A stretch of DNA of 54,265 nt from an uncultured Gammaproteobacteria bacterium. Its GTDB lineage: Bacteria; Patescibacteriota; Patescibacteriia; SG8-24. Positions 1 through 10,986 of this stretch are shown here, in pieces. The notes beneath the pieces were generated by a model. That model ran no database searches. It had not been told where the DNA came from and saw only the letters and a list, made by a program, of their open reading frames with translations. Each line of letters starts with the position of its first letter. The first letter of the stretch is position 1. Position numbers and translations under genes: made by a program. The stretch is taken from NCBI GenBank assembly GCA_964486995.1, contig CAZAOV010000008.1, forward strand, positions 1 through 54,265, given 5' to 3'.

Positions 1-66
1 CCACTCTACACCCTTTGACGAGAAAAGGTAACCCTAATTGCTGCAATCCTAACATCTAAGCGTCAA

Positions 67-91
67 GAAAAGGGCGGCTTGCACCGCCCTT
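67..91 (-). terminator. Rho-independent terminator after the surface protein gene
   Basis: AAGGGCGG-cttgca-CCGCCCTT stem, ending in a T-run on the minus strand about 20 nt past the stop. Confidence 0.7.
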
Positions 92-113
92 ATCTGCCTC
101 AACTTCTCCCTAG

Positions 114-1997
114 CTAGTTGATTTTCCAGACATGCACAATAGGCCTATCCTCATCAACGAGCGGTTCGAAAATGTAAACCAGCGAATTCTCGCGGTCAAA
201 TGCCATGGCGCCGACTTGAAACATGACCTGATCAGCTTCGCGATACATTTGCGGTTCCAAATCTATTACCGCATACGGCTGTGGCTCCCACGGTTCCATA
301 ACGCCCGCAGCCACCGCGGCCAGTTCAGCCGGATCAAATAAAATCATCTGCACCCCCATGTGCGTGCTCCACCAACCACGGTCCAGCTCGCAATCCATGC
401 ACGGACCGTTTATGTCACCATACCAATAATCACCAAACCCCTTGGTGCCGACGAACGCGATGGCCGAGCGGTCACCAACTGTAAACCATGATGCACCGGT
501 CCAGGTGTCGGTGTGGTGATAGTTGTCGAGCGTATGCGCAGTGTCGCTGAACAACGCATCGTTGACGTAGGAAGTATCGTACTGCAGCAACGTAATCGGT
601 TCGATGTGTGTACCCACGGGCGGCGGATTGCCATAACCCCACGGAGCGATGGCGTAAATCGACGGACCCTGACCTGACCAACCGCCATCGCGATATCGGC
701 CGGTCGCAAGCAGATTTCCGTCGGCATGTTCGCTGGCCCAACTAGCTGGAATGTCGAACATATAATCGTTCACGCTATAGATATTCTCACCATCAACCCA
801 CCATGCGCCATTAGTGTTCTCCAGACTCAGGTCGCACCACATATGTGATGGAATGAGTTCGGCCGAACCGGTTTCCTGAAAATGCTGACCGAACGCCATG
901 TGCAATTTTCCTTCGGCTTGGTCGTCCTGCGCTGGAATATAAGCCATACCAACGCGAATGATTTCATTTAGCGTATTAAATAAATCCCCGCGCACGTCAG
1001 TAAACGCCTGCAATGTAGCGGCACGATTCAGGTCTTCCGCATTCTTGCTGGCAGAAATCACCGGTGTCGGGATGCTAATTTCCGAGACCTCCATATTCCA
1101 AGCATGTCCTGTGCCGTACAGCGAACCCGAATAGCCATCGCCGCTGTCTCCAGGGTCTCCTGCTGGATAGTAAGTCATGGCGTCGCCACCCCATTCCCAG
1201 CCCATCCATTCCGGATGAGTCGGTAGACGAAACGCACCGCGGTACTCGAAGTCTGACGGCTGAATTAGTCCTTCACCTAGTCCGACGGTCGTATCTGGAC
1301 TCGGTTCCGGCTCAGGTTCTGGTTCTGGTTCTTCACCAGATGAACCACCGCCTCCAGAACTGCTGCTGCCACCGCCACCGCCCGAACCAATACCTGAACT
1401 GACACCACCGGAACTGGAGCCGGCGTGAGAACCAAGGGAAGTTCCGCTCGACGATTCCGAGCCTCCAGCTTTATCCTGCGCAATTGATGTCGTGCCTGCA
1501 GAAATAATCGCCGGCTTATGGTCGCAGGCACATGTAATCGGCCGCACTGAATCGACCTGATAATTCACAAAGAACTCATCCGGTACGTCGCGCACCATAA
1601 ACCGCCAGTCTGCCCCAAATAAATCCCGCGCCGCCTGCTCAGTTTGTACCCAGCGCAAAACGCCACCGCGCTCGACTGCATAAACGTTCGGCGAAGTGGT
1701 AATCTTCACCAGGTACTTTCCGGGGCGATACGTGACATTGCCGGCCAATGGAATGCTCGCCAACAAATCTGGCGCTATTTCAATGACGTCGCTGAAATCG
1801 TCATACCAAGTAAAAAATGTCTTCTCATTGGGGAAAACGTATCTTTTTCCGTTATTAAAATAATAGACCGCTGTGTAGTTATCAGATTTGATTAAAGAAT
1901 TGTCGGGCAAATCTCCGATTTCGGTTATTGCTGCAGCCGGAGCAAAGCTCAACAACATCGCCATGCATGCGGCCAGGGTTAAGAGTCGTTTTTTCAT
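114..1997 (-). CDS. Secreted/surface protein: CPR-type N-terminal duplicated domain, Gly/Ser and Pro-Glu linker, Trp-rich putative beta-propeller C-terminal domain
   Basis: Signal peptide MKKRLLTLAACMAMLLSFAPAAA; two related LIK/LVK...VY...G..R..F/V segments; GGGGSSSSGGGGS and (EP)n linker; C-terminal domain begins QPSDFEYRGAFRLP. Confidence 0.75.
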   Translation of the reverse strand: MKKRLLTLAACMAMLLSFAPAAAITEIGDLPDNSLIKSDNYTAVYYFNNGKRYVFPNEKTFFTWYDDFSDVIEIAPDLLASIPLAGNVTYRPGKYLVKITTSPNVYAVERGGVLRWVQTEQAARDLFGADWRFMVRDVPDEFFVNYQVDSVRPITCACDHKPAIISAGTTSIAQDKAGGSESSSGTSLGSHAGSSSGGVSSGIGSGGGGGSSSSGGGGSSGEEPEPEPEPEPSPDTTVGLGEGLIQPSDFEYRGAFRLPTHPEWMGWEWGGDAMTYYPAGDPGDSGDGYSGSLYGTGHAWNMEVSEISIPTPVISASKNAEDLNRAATLQAFTDVRGDLFNTLNEIIRVGMAYIPAQDDQAEGKLHMAFGQHFQETGSAELIPSHMWCDLSLENTNGAWWVDGENIYSVNDYMFDIPASWASEHADGNLLATGRYRDGGWSGQGPSIYAIAPWGYGNPPPVGTHIEPITLLQYDTSYVNDALFSDTAHTLDNYHHTDTWTGASWFTVGDRSAIAFVGTKGFGDYWYGDINGPCMDCELDRGWWSTHMGVQMILFDPAELAAVAAGVMEPWEPQPYAVIDLEPQMYREADQVMFQVGAMAFDRENSLVYIFEPLVDEDRPIVHVWKIN

Positions 1998-2094
1998 AGA
2001 GGGCTAACGGTTGTAGGTCTAAGTGAGTGTAAATAAATATGAAGCTCGTGTCATTCTAAGCCCAGTCGCGAGCCAGAGGCAAAAGTCTTGCGGA

Positions 2095-3413
<1,319 letters not shown>

Positions 3414-4409
3414 TTAATATGAAGTCGTTAGGGTGCAATGATGTCGTACGCTCATCTTTCCGATTCGTACACGCTCTTCCCAAATTAGATAATCAATTTC
3501 TCGAGAACTCGGCGAATGTCCGTTGTGAGCCATGAGCTGACGTAACATTTCCACCACATGAATGGTATTTGCGCGAATCTCGACTTCTTCCTGTGATCCA
3601 GCAATAATTTCTTTGCCGGCTTGAATTCGCTTATCCAGCTCGGGCGTGTAAATAAGCGCGCCGTGCGCTCGCATGAATTGAGGCAAACGATAATCCGCAA
3701 AGCAAGTCAGCTCATCCAACCCGGTCATTTTGCCCAAGCCTTCATTGCCAAACATCATTGCCGTGTCTGACACAAATATCTGTGCCCGCTTCAAGACCGG
3801 AAATTCAAAACCTAGATGCACACGATAATCTCGATATGACCTAAACTTTTCTACCAGCAGTCGAACCACATCGGGCGCATGCCAATTCGCGCAATCAAAC
3901 AATTTAACCGGACTTCCATCGAAGCCGTCAGCCAGCACACGCCCCACATCTCGTATATGATCAGTTCTCTCTTCGAGCAAGGGAACAATGCCGGTATCGG
4001 GTTTAAATATCTTATTAGTGTCGCGCAATTTAAGATTAGCGAGAAAATCAACGTCGTCGAGCGACATGCCATTTTCGAAAGCACGGGTCAGCATTGCGGC
4101 AACAGCGCGATACCGGCTGTCAGGACCGTAAATCTTACCCCGATACTCGACCGCAAACTTACTTGGCCAAAAACAAAAATTTACCGCATCGAGCAGTAAA
4201 ACATACATTAACGTCTTCTCTCTCCCGTCAAAAAAATGAATGGGGTCTTTTCCGACTGCGGTTGACTCACCCGCCAAACAAGACTTTAACCAAGCCGGCG
4301 GATTAACCTGTCGCAAATCAGCGGCCAAGCGCTCCAGCCCATTGACATCGATGCGTACATGCTCACTTTTCGCCGCGACCGCAGCCGCTGCATCCCTAAC
4401 TTCTTCCAT
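3414..4409 (-). CDS. qng1: Queuosine salvage protein, queuosine 5'-phosphate N-glycosylase (DUF2419/Qng1 family)
   Basis: LDAVNFCFW, KRAQIF, LTCFADYRLPQ, EVEIRA, DYLIW and C-terminal HH.T.T..Y family motifs; adjacent to tgt. Confidence 0.9.
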   Translation of the reverse strand: MEEVRDAAAAVAAKSEHVRIDVNGLERLAADLRQVNPPAWLKSCLAGESTAVGKDPIHFFDGREKTLMYVLLLDAVNFCFWPSKFAVEYRGKIYGPDSRYRAVAAMLTRAFENGMSLDDVDFLANLKLRDTNKIFKPDTGIVPLLEERTDHIRDVGRVLADGFDGSPVKLFDCANWHAPDVVRLLVEKFRSYRDYRVHLGFEFPVLKRAQIFVSDTAMMFGNEGLGKMTGLDELTCFADYRLPQFMRAHGALIYTPELDKRIQAGKEIIAGSQEEVEIRANTIHVVEMLRQLMAHNGHSPSSREIDYLIWEERVRIGKMSVRHHCTLTTSY

Positions 4410-4455
4410 ATTGAGTCAGTACTGTAAGGTATTTTCCACCAAACGTCAATGAGAG

Positions 4456-5985
4456 CTAATGCTCGAGGGCGCGACGGAGTGCGTCGGATATAACCATTTT
4501 ATCGGTCATGAATTCCACCGGCGCCCAATCGTCGGTCAATATCGGGATGTCCGGATTAAACTTAACTTTTTCGAAAGTCAGCAGCCCTTCAGCTACATCA
4601 CCATACAATTCAGGCAGCTTTTCGGCCGCATCAACATAATCCAATTCGTGTTCCGAAGCAGTAACCAACCAATTCCAAGTGCGGCCAGCCTTATGAATAT
4701 AGACATGCGGATACACCGCCGCCACGGTATTGCTAATTGCCAACAGTAATTCCGAATCTCTGGCAGGCGCGTTTACGTTCATTGAAACCAAGCCGCCCGG
4801 AGCCAGCCGCTGCTTGGTCAGTTCAAAAAATTCGATGGACACCATATGAGACGGAATATACATCTGGGTGCTATAAGCATCAGTAAAGATGACATCAAAT
4901 TCGCGCTCACTATTTGCCAAAAAAATTCGACCGTCCTCGTTAACAATGTCAATCGGCATCTCTCCGACCGCAAAAAACTCCCGACCGACTTCAATTACTT
5001 CAGGATCCACTTCGACTCCGATGATGTCCGGTTCAACGTCCGGCGGAAAAACGGTCAGGTATTGCCGAATGAGCGAACCGCCCGCCAATCCCAGAATTGC
5101 AGTACGGAGACGGCTGCCTTCCCCAGCCAACGGAACGATACCGGTCATATGGTCAAAATACATATCGGTGCGTTCGCTGCCGGGAAAGTAAACCGATTGT
5201 GTTCCTGAACCCTCGTTGAATATAAGGAACCGCTTACCGTCCTCGTGTTCTCTAACTCTAATCAGCTGGTACGGTGTTTCCTTGGCATACACATCTGAGG
5301 GTCGATTATCAGTAGTCTGACTAATTGCCACCAAGAAAGCCAAAGCTACTACGGTAACCGCCGCTAGACGAAACTTGCCCTTCAGCGCAGGCAAACCCAG
5401 CATCGCCAATATGCACGCCACCAATATGAAGGTCATCCGAACACCTATGTTAGGCACCAGCAGCAGCGACGGCAACACGGTGCCGATAACGCTGCCCGCG
5501 GTCGAAATGGCAAAATATTTGCCGGCAACACTACCCACGTCACCTGAGTCCGCAGTCCACAATTTAAGAATCACCGGACTGGACATGGCTAACACGAAAA
5601 CAGGGAACGAAAACAGCAGAAACGAAACCAGCAGCGCACCGATAAACAGTGCGCTAGACGCACCTCCCAGCAATTCAAACAGTACCGGCGCGCTGTTGCT
5701 CAAATTTGCCGAACCCCATATTCCGACCAGCAACAGCGCCGATGCACTGCTCAAAAGTAAGCCGAGCGGCTGGGTGTTGTCTGGCGTGCGTGTGGCATAC
5801 TTTCCGCCGACCCAATAGCCAAGCGACATGGACAGCAATACGGTAACGATAAGCGCAGTCCAAACAAAAAAAGACGCACCAAAATGCGGCGCCAGCACCC
5901 TCGACGCAGTCATTTCCACGGCCATCACCGAGGCACCGACCACGAAAGCGGTTAGGGGGAGAAATAACTTTTTTCCGTACAACAT
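4456..5985 (-). CDS. Fused multi-TM (MFS-like) / spermidine synthase-like SAM-binding protein
   Basis: About 7 N-terminal TM helices (GASVMAVEMTASRVLAPHFG), then ILGLAGGS, EVDPEV, EDGR, DVIFTDAY, LTDDWAPVE. Confidence 0.88.
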   Translation of the reverse strand: MLYGKKLFLPLTAFVVGASVMAVEMTASRVLAPHFGASFFVWTALIVTVLLSMSLGYWVGGKYATRTPDNTQPLGLLLSSASALLLVGIWGSANLSNSAPVLFELLGGASSALFIGALLVSFLLFSFPVFVLAMSSPVILKLWTADSGDVGSVAGKYFAISTAGSVIGTVLPSLLLVPNIGVRMTFILVACILAMLGLPALKGKFRLAAVTVVALAFLVAISQTTDNRPSDVYAKETPYQLIRVREHEDGKRFLIFNEGSGTQSVYFPGSERTDMYFDHMTGIVPLAGEGSRLRTAILGLAGGSLIRQYLTVFPPDVEPDIIGVEVDPEVIEVGREFFAVGEMPIDIVNEDGRIFLANSEREFDVIFTDAYSTQMYIPSHMVSIEFFELTKQRLAPGGLVSMNVNAPARDSELLLAISNTVAAVYPHVYIHKAGRTWNWLVTASEHELDYVDAAEKLPELYGDVAEGLLTFEKVKFNPDIPILTDDWAPVEFMTDKMVISDALRRALEH

Positions 5986-5986
5986 A

Positions 5987-6772
5987 TCAAGTATATCCGG
6001 TTAATCGTTTAAGGTTCCGCTGATTAAAAAGTATAAATAAACCGATGGCGACAAACAATACGCCGCCGTATTGTGATGGTGTTAGCATAAGATACCTAGT
6101 GTCGGAATGCGGTAGGTCCCAAGCACGAAAAAAATCTAGAATGAAACGATAACTGCCGTATGATATCAGCAATATCGGCAGGTATCTCCAGCGGTCAGCA
6201 CCAACGGTCCAAACCCGTCGACGCAACAACACGAACACTGCGAACAGCGAAAAGCCAAACATCGACAGCAGCAGACCATGATCTAGCCGCGGACCACCGG
6301 GAAATGCGACGGCCAAAAGACAGGAACACGGAATGCCGGGGTGGTCATGAATCAGAAAGCAGCCAATCCGACCAATGCCATAACCCAACGGCAATACGTA
6401 TGCGGCTATCTCGGCATAAGGCCTAAGCTTTATTTTCCTAACCTTGACGTAAGCATAGATACCCAATGCGGCGCCAATATATCCACCAAAACTGGACATT
6501 CCTCCTTGCCATATTTTTAGTACATCCAAAGGATGAGCGGTGATCATGGTTGGATTATAAAACACCACATGTCCAAGCCGACTAAAAATAAACGCCGGCA
6601 TTAATACCCAGAGTGCTAAATCAAATATCACCTCCCCGTCCAAGCCGGCTCGTTCAGCAATACGACGCGCTAAAAGTATAGCCGCCAGCATTCCGCTGGC
6701 GACAGCTAGTCCCCAAACATGAATCGTCAACGGGCCGACGGGGATGGACGTATAGCTAAAATATGGAATCAT
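5987..6772 (-). CDS. lgt: Prolipoprotein diacylglyceryl transferase family protein
   Basis: GPLTIHVWG, KIWQGGMSSFGG, GRIGCF, YRFILDFFR; ATG overlaps the upstream stop (ATGA). Confidence 0.85.
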   Translation of the reverse strand: MIPYFSYTSIPVGPLTIHVWGLAVASGMLAAILLARRIAERAGLDGEVIFDLALWVLMPAFIFSRLGHVVFYNPTMITAHPLDVLKIWQGGMSSFGGYIGAALGIYAYVKVRKIKLRPYAEIAAYVLPLGYGIGRIGCFLIHDHPGIPCSCLLAVAFPGGPRLDHGLLLSMFGFSLFAVFVLLRRRVWTVGADRWRYLPILLISYGSYRFILDFFRAWDLPHSDTRYLMLTPSQYGGVLFVAIGLFILFNQRNLKRLTGYT

Positions 6773-8505
6773 GGTTTTTTTCTTATTAACCAGAACAGCC
6801 ACAATACGATAATTATTGAGGCAACAAAACCCATTTTGCCAAGGGAGATACCGAAAGCCGCAGCATGAACATCCAGCCGCAATACGGCGCCCGAAGCCAG
6901 AAGCAGCGCCGCGGCCAGCAGGGCGAGAACCCGAACATCATTTTGCCGATCAAACTCCGCCTTCAAATCGCGTAACTCCTTCAGGTTCAACTTTACGCCG
7001 ATTTCCCCTGAATCCAGGCGATCCAGCAAGGCTTGAGTCTGTTCCGGAAGGCGGCGGGCAAAATACAAGGCATCGAAAGCGGAAGTCTTTAAATCTTTTA
7101 TCAGACGCCTTGGGTCTATCTCGGCGCGAACGATATCGGACAAAAAGGGACGCAATTCTTCCGCTAAGTCTATGTCCGGATATAGTCGAAAGCCGTTTTT
7201 TTCCACGGTCAAGAATGCTTTGGCTAGCAGCACCATATCGGATGGAAACATAACACCGTATTGCGCACCAGCCACCACGACCTTATAAAATGCCCGGGCC
7301 AACCCCTTCTTTTCGTTCGGTTTGTGCAATACGCCAGTTAGTATGCTATGAGTCTGACTCTCGAAAGACCGCACATCTGCATCCTCCTCAAATTCGGCAA
7401 TGTCCAGAACGTGCTTAATATATGAATCGACATCTCGCTCCACAAAACTCATAAAACATCCGATTAACTCATGACGATACCGATCAGAAATGCGACCGAC
7501 CATGCCAAAATCGAACATTCCGACGCGCAGCGGCTTAAGTTCGTTGCAATCCTCATCAAATTCCGGCGGCATTACTACTAGATTTCCCGGATGAGGATCT
7601 GCGTGAAAGAACCCATTTAGCAGGAACATCCTGACACCTGATTTCAACCCGATTACCGCTAATTGGTGACGATCTACATTGTGTTTATCCAACTCTTCTA
7701 GGTTGTCAATTTTGATTCCCTCTAGCAGGTCAGCCACTAAGACCCGTTTTGTTGTGTGTTCCCAATAAACTTTCGGGATAACGATTTCCGGCATGTCAGC
7801 AAAACTTTCCCGAAATAAATCGTTATGCGCTCCCTCAAGACCAAAATCTATTTCGCGTAAAGTCCATTCAGCAAATTCGCGAACTATCTTGATCGGCTTA
7901 TATTTTCGACTGACTTCAATATGCTTCTCGATCAACTGAGACAGATACGTCAAGATATGAATGTCGGTCTTGATGACATCCTCGATGCCGGGGCGACGCA
8001 CCTTAACCGCAACTTTTGTGCCGTCACGTAAAGTGGCTCGATGAACCTGAGCGAGCGATGCTGCGGCTATTGGCTCCATTTCGAAATCAATGAAAACGTT
8101 CTCAATTGAAGTTTTAAGCTCATCCTCTACGATTTTCTCGGCAACACCGGGATTTAAGATTGGGCCCTTATCCTGCAGCTTGGCCAGCTCCGCAATAAAC
8201 TCCGGAGGCATTATGTCCGGCCGGGTGCTCAGCAACTGACCTAACTTCATAAATGTGGGGCCAAGTCTTTCTAGAATCCGCCGTAGCCGCACCTCAGGTG
8301 GAATCTCCTTCTTATTCGCTCCGACTTTTCTTATGTGGTGCCTCAAGCCAAACAAAAACCTGGCTCGCAGCGGAACCAAATCTCGCAATTTCATTTCGTC
8401 CACCGCAAACGCAAAACCCTCTTCGAATAAAACCGTTACCACGGTTTGAAATCGCTTAATGTCACCGATGGTGTTCCTAAATTTGGCGAACGGCGAAATT
8501 TTCAT
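6769..8505 (-). CDS. ABC1/UbiB/AarF family atypical kinase-like protein
   Basis: LGPTFMKLGQLLSTRPD, AAASLAQVH, VAVKV, FFHADPHPGN, DFGMVG; C-terminal TM helices. Confidence 0.92.
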   Translation of the reverse strand: MKISPFAKFRNTIGDIKRFQTVVTVLFEEGFAFAVDEMKLRDLVPLRARFLFGLRHHIRKVGANKKEIPPEVRLRRILERLGPTFMKLGQLLSTRPDIMPPEFIAELAKLQDKGPILNPGVAEKIVEDELKTSIENVFIDFEMEPIAAASLAQVHRATLRDGTKVAVKVRRPGIEDVIKTDIHILTYLSQLIEKHIEVSRKYKPIKIVREFAEWTLREIDFGLEGAHNDLFRESFADMPEIVIPKVYWEHTTKRVLVADLLEGIKIDNLEELDKHNVDRHQLAVIGLKSGVRMFLLNGFFHADPHPGNLVVMPPEFDEDCNELKPLRVGMFDFGMVGRISDRYRHELIGCFMSFVERDVDSYIKHVLDIAEFEEDADVRSFESQTHSILTGVLHKPNEKKGLARAFYKVVVAGAQYGVMFPSDMVLLAKAFLTVEKNGFRLYPDIDLAEELRPFLSDIVRAEIDPRRLIKDLKTSAFDALYFARRLPEQTQALLDRLDSGEIGVKLNLKELRDLKAEFDRQNDVRVLALLAAALLLASGAVLRLDVHAAAFGISLGKMGFVASIIIVLWLFWLIRKKP

Positions 8506-8960
8506 ATCGCCCCGATAAGCTTAAGCGCGTCACGAAAACTGCGGATGGCCTTTCTGGCCACGACCCGATCTAATCGATAGCTGGCTTCATGCACTAATCG
8601 GTTACGTACTCGATGCGCCCACCAGACCTGCTGCAGTTTGGGATATTTATATGCCGCGAACTTTAACCTTTCTCCCAGTGTTTCTCCCGGCATGGCCATA
8701 GCTTTCAGGGCGTGATCTAGCAATTTATCCGCTTCAATTACCGCCAATTTAGGACTCATCTCTCCTGGTGCATCCAACAACGATTCAACCTCATTCCAAC
8801 GTCGTTGCATAGCCTTACGGTCGCCGACTTCATATTGCCTAGATGCCAAGAGACTCCTAGTCTTTACAAACATTAGCCATACCAAAAAGACTGCTAGTAC
8901 TACGACTAGCGTAATAATAGCGAATTTTGCGAGGCTGATTAAATCAAACGTGACCGTCAT
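8502..8960 (-). CDS. Membrane-anchored hypothetical protein, possibly HEPN/DUF4145-like helical domain
   Basis: N-terminal TM; AVIEADKLLD, GETLGERLK, AHRVRNRLVHE (RxxxxH-like); stop overlaps next start. Confidence 0.7.
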   Translation of the reverse strand: MTVTFDLISLAKFAIITLVVVLAVFLVWLMFVKTRSLLASRQYEVGDRKAMQRRWNEVESLLDAPGEMSPKLAVIEADKLLDHALKAMAMPGETLGERLKFAAYKYPKLQQVWWAHRVRNRLVHEASYRLDRVVARKAIRSFRDALKLIGAI

Positions 8961-8961
8961 A

Positions 8962-9459
8962 TCATTCGGCGTCAGCGCACCAGACTACCCTGACCGGCAA
9001 GTCGAAATGTGACCAAGTAATGGTTAGCTCTCCACCCTTTCTTGCTCGATGCAGTTTCTTACCGATTGCCACAGCCAGCTGAGGTTTGCTGGTATAAACC
9101 AGAAAACCGTCCTTGGTCGATTTGATGCTAATAATTCGATTTTCTGAATTTTTTTCCTCTTTAGCTGAACCAATTTTTTCTACCATCCGAATCAATTCCT
9201 TTTTTTCTGTCCTGCCAAAACAACCGGACGCCTTAATCTCTCCACCAAAATTTACGACCTTGCCGGCTTCTTTAATATAGCGATTCGGTTTATCGTGCGT
9301 TGGCGCGTCCTCACCGACCATAACCTCACGTCGGGCCCGATGATGAAAAGTGCCAACATCCTGCGAGCGCCCCTTATCGCTTCGCATTTGCCCATTCTTC
9401 TTTTTAGTCGTTTTTTTTCGAATGATTCGTTTTCCGGGTTTCATGGAATTACCAGGCAT
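8962..9459 (-). CDS. Hypothetical basic protein resembling BCAM0308/NMD3-related family
   Basis: C-terminal RIISI...TSKPQLAVAIGKKLHRARKGGELTITWS...VRVVW pattern recalled for that family; start uncertain (9459 or 9444). Confidence 0.6.
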   Translation of the reverse strand: MPGNSMKPGKRIIRKKTTKKKNGQMRSDKGRSQDVGTFHHRARREVMVGEDAPTHDKPNRYIKEAGKVVNFGGEIKASGCFGRTEKKELIRMVEKIGSAKEEKNSENRIISIKSTKDGFLVYTSKPQLAVAIGKKLHRARKGGELTITWSHFDLPVRVVWCADAE

Positions 9460-9523
9460 AGATTGTGTGTTCAAAAATAAATAATCGTGAAAAGCGAATA
9501 CACTCTCCGAACTGGCGACGAAA

Positions 9524-10984
9524 TTACGCCGGAATGAAGTCAGCAAAACCGCCGCGCGCCTGTTCGTAAGCGTTAGCGGCATCTAGAATGGTCTTTTCAT
9601 TGAAATGACGGCCAATAAGCTGAAAGCCAACTGGCAAGCCGCCCGTCATACCACATGGCAGGCTAATCGCCGGCAAACCAGCCACATTAACGGAAACCGT
9701 ATAGACATCCTGTAGGTACATGGCCAACGGATCGTTGACCATTTCACCAAGCTTCCATGCCGTTGTCGGGGTGGTCGGCGTCAGGATGCAATCAACCACA
9801 CCAAACGCCTTGGTAAAATCATTCGCAATTAAACGACGCACCTTAAGCGCCCGCTTGTAGTACGCGTCGTAGTATCCCGAGGATAAGGCATGAGTCCCAA
9901 TCATGATTCTGCGCCGCGTCTCAGCTCCGAAACCCTGCCCGCGGGACCGGCGATACGTTTCGACCAAAGTTTTGGCAGGCACACGCAGCCCGTAGCGTAC
10001 CCCGTCGAAACGAGCCAAGTTAGCGCTCACCTCACTGGGCATTATAATATAGTAGACAGCCAGAGCGTAATCAGTATGCGGTAACTCTATATCAAGTATT
10101 TCTGCGCCCATCTCCTCGTACTTGTCGATGGCGGCTCGAACCTTTTCCTCCACTCCCTTTTCAAGACCTGACACGAAATATTCTTTAGGGACGCCTATCT
10201 TCAGACCTTTAACCGATTCACTCAGCACTTCCGGAATCTGCCAATTCTTGCTGCTCAATTCCACGCTCGTAGAATCATTTGGGTCACGCCCCTCGATGAC
10301 CCGCAATAACTCAGCGGCATCAGTGACGGTGCCGGTGACTGGACCGATTTGATCTAAGCTAGAAGCCATGGCGATCAAACCATATCGAGAAACTCTTCCG
10401 TACGTCGGTTTCAGGCCGACGGTGCCGCACAGAGCAGCCGGCTGTCTAATAGACCCACCAGTGTCAGAACCTAACGCCACCGGCGCTGAACCTTCGCTCA
10501 CCGCCGCCACCGAACCGCCGGACGAACCACCGGGCACGCGCTCATGATCCCACGGATTGGTGGTTGGCCCGTGGCAAGATGTTTCGGTCGATGACCCCAT
10601 CGCGAACTCATCCATGTTCGTCTTGCCCAAAATCACCATTCCGTGCCCCTTGAGACGTTTTATAACAGTAGCGTCGTACGGAGCCACATAGTCACGCAAT
10701 ATATTTGAGCCGGCTGTGGCATTGCGCTCACTGACCAAAATGTTGTCTTTTATCGCAATCGGCAATCCATCCAACTTAGATAGCTGTTCGCCCTTAGCGC
10801 GCCTGGCATCTGAAGCCTCAGCTAAAGACAGCGCCAAATCTGTAGCCACATCAACATAAGCGTGCGTACTCTCCTGCGTCTCCTGGGCACGCTTAAGATA
10901 TGCCTGAGCTAATTCACGTGCACTCCACTCACCTCTTTCCAGGCCGGTGCTAATCTCTTTGATGCTCAATTTCTTGATATCCAT
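9524..10984 (-). CDS. gatA: Asp/Glu-tRNA amidotransferase subunit A
   Basis: IKDN, GKTNMDEFAMGSS, PGGSSGGS, GSDTGGSIRQPA, NLARFDGVRYG. Confidence 0.98.
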   Translation of the reverse strand: MDIKKLSIKEISTGLERGEWSARELAQAYLKRAQETQESTHAYVDVATDLALSLAEASDARRAKGEQLSKLDGLPIAIKDNILVSERNATAGSNILRDYVAPYDATVIKRLKGHGMVILGKTNMDEFAMGSSTETSCHGPTTNPWDHERVPGGSSGGSVAAVSEGSAPVALGSDTGGSIRQPAALCGTVGLKPTYGRVSRYGLIAMASSLDQIGPVTGTVTDAAELLRVIEGRDPNDSTSVELSSKNWQIPEVLSESVKGLKIGVPKEYFVSGLEKGVEEKVRAAIDKYEEMGAEILDIELPHTDYALAVYYIIMPSEVSANLARFDGVRYGLRVPAKTLVETYRRSRGQGFGAETRRRIMIGTHALSSGYYDAYYKRALKVRRLIANDFTKAFGVVDCILTPTTPTTAWKLGEMVNDPLAMYLQDVYTVSVNVAGLPAISLPCGMTGGLPVGFQLIGRHFNEKTILDAANAYEQARGGFADFIPA

Positions 10985-10986
10985 AC

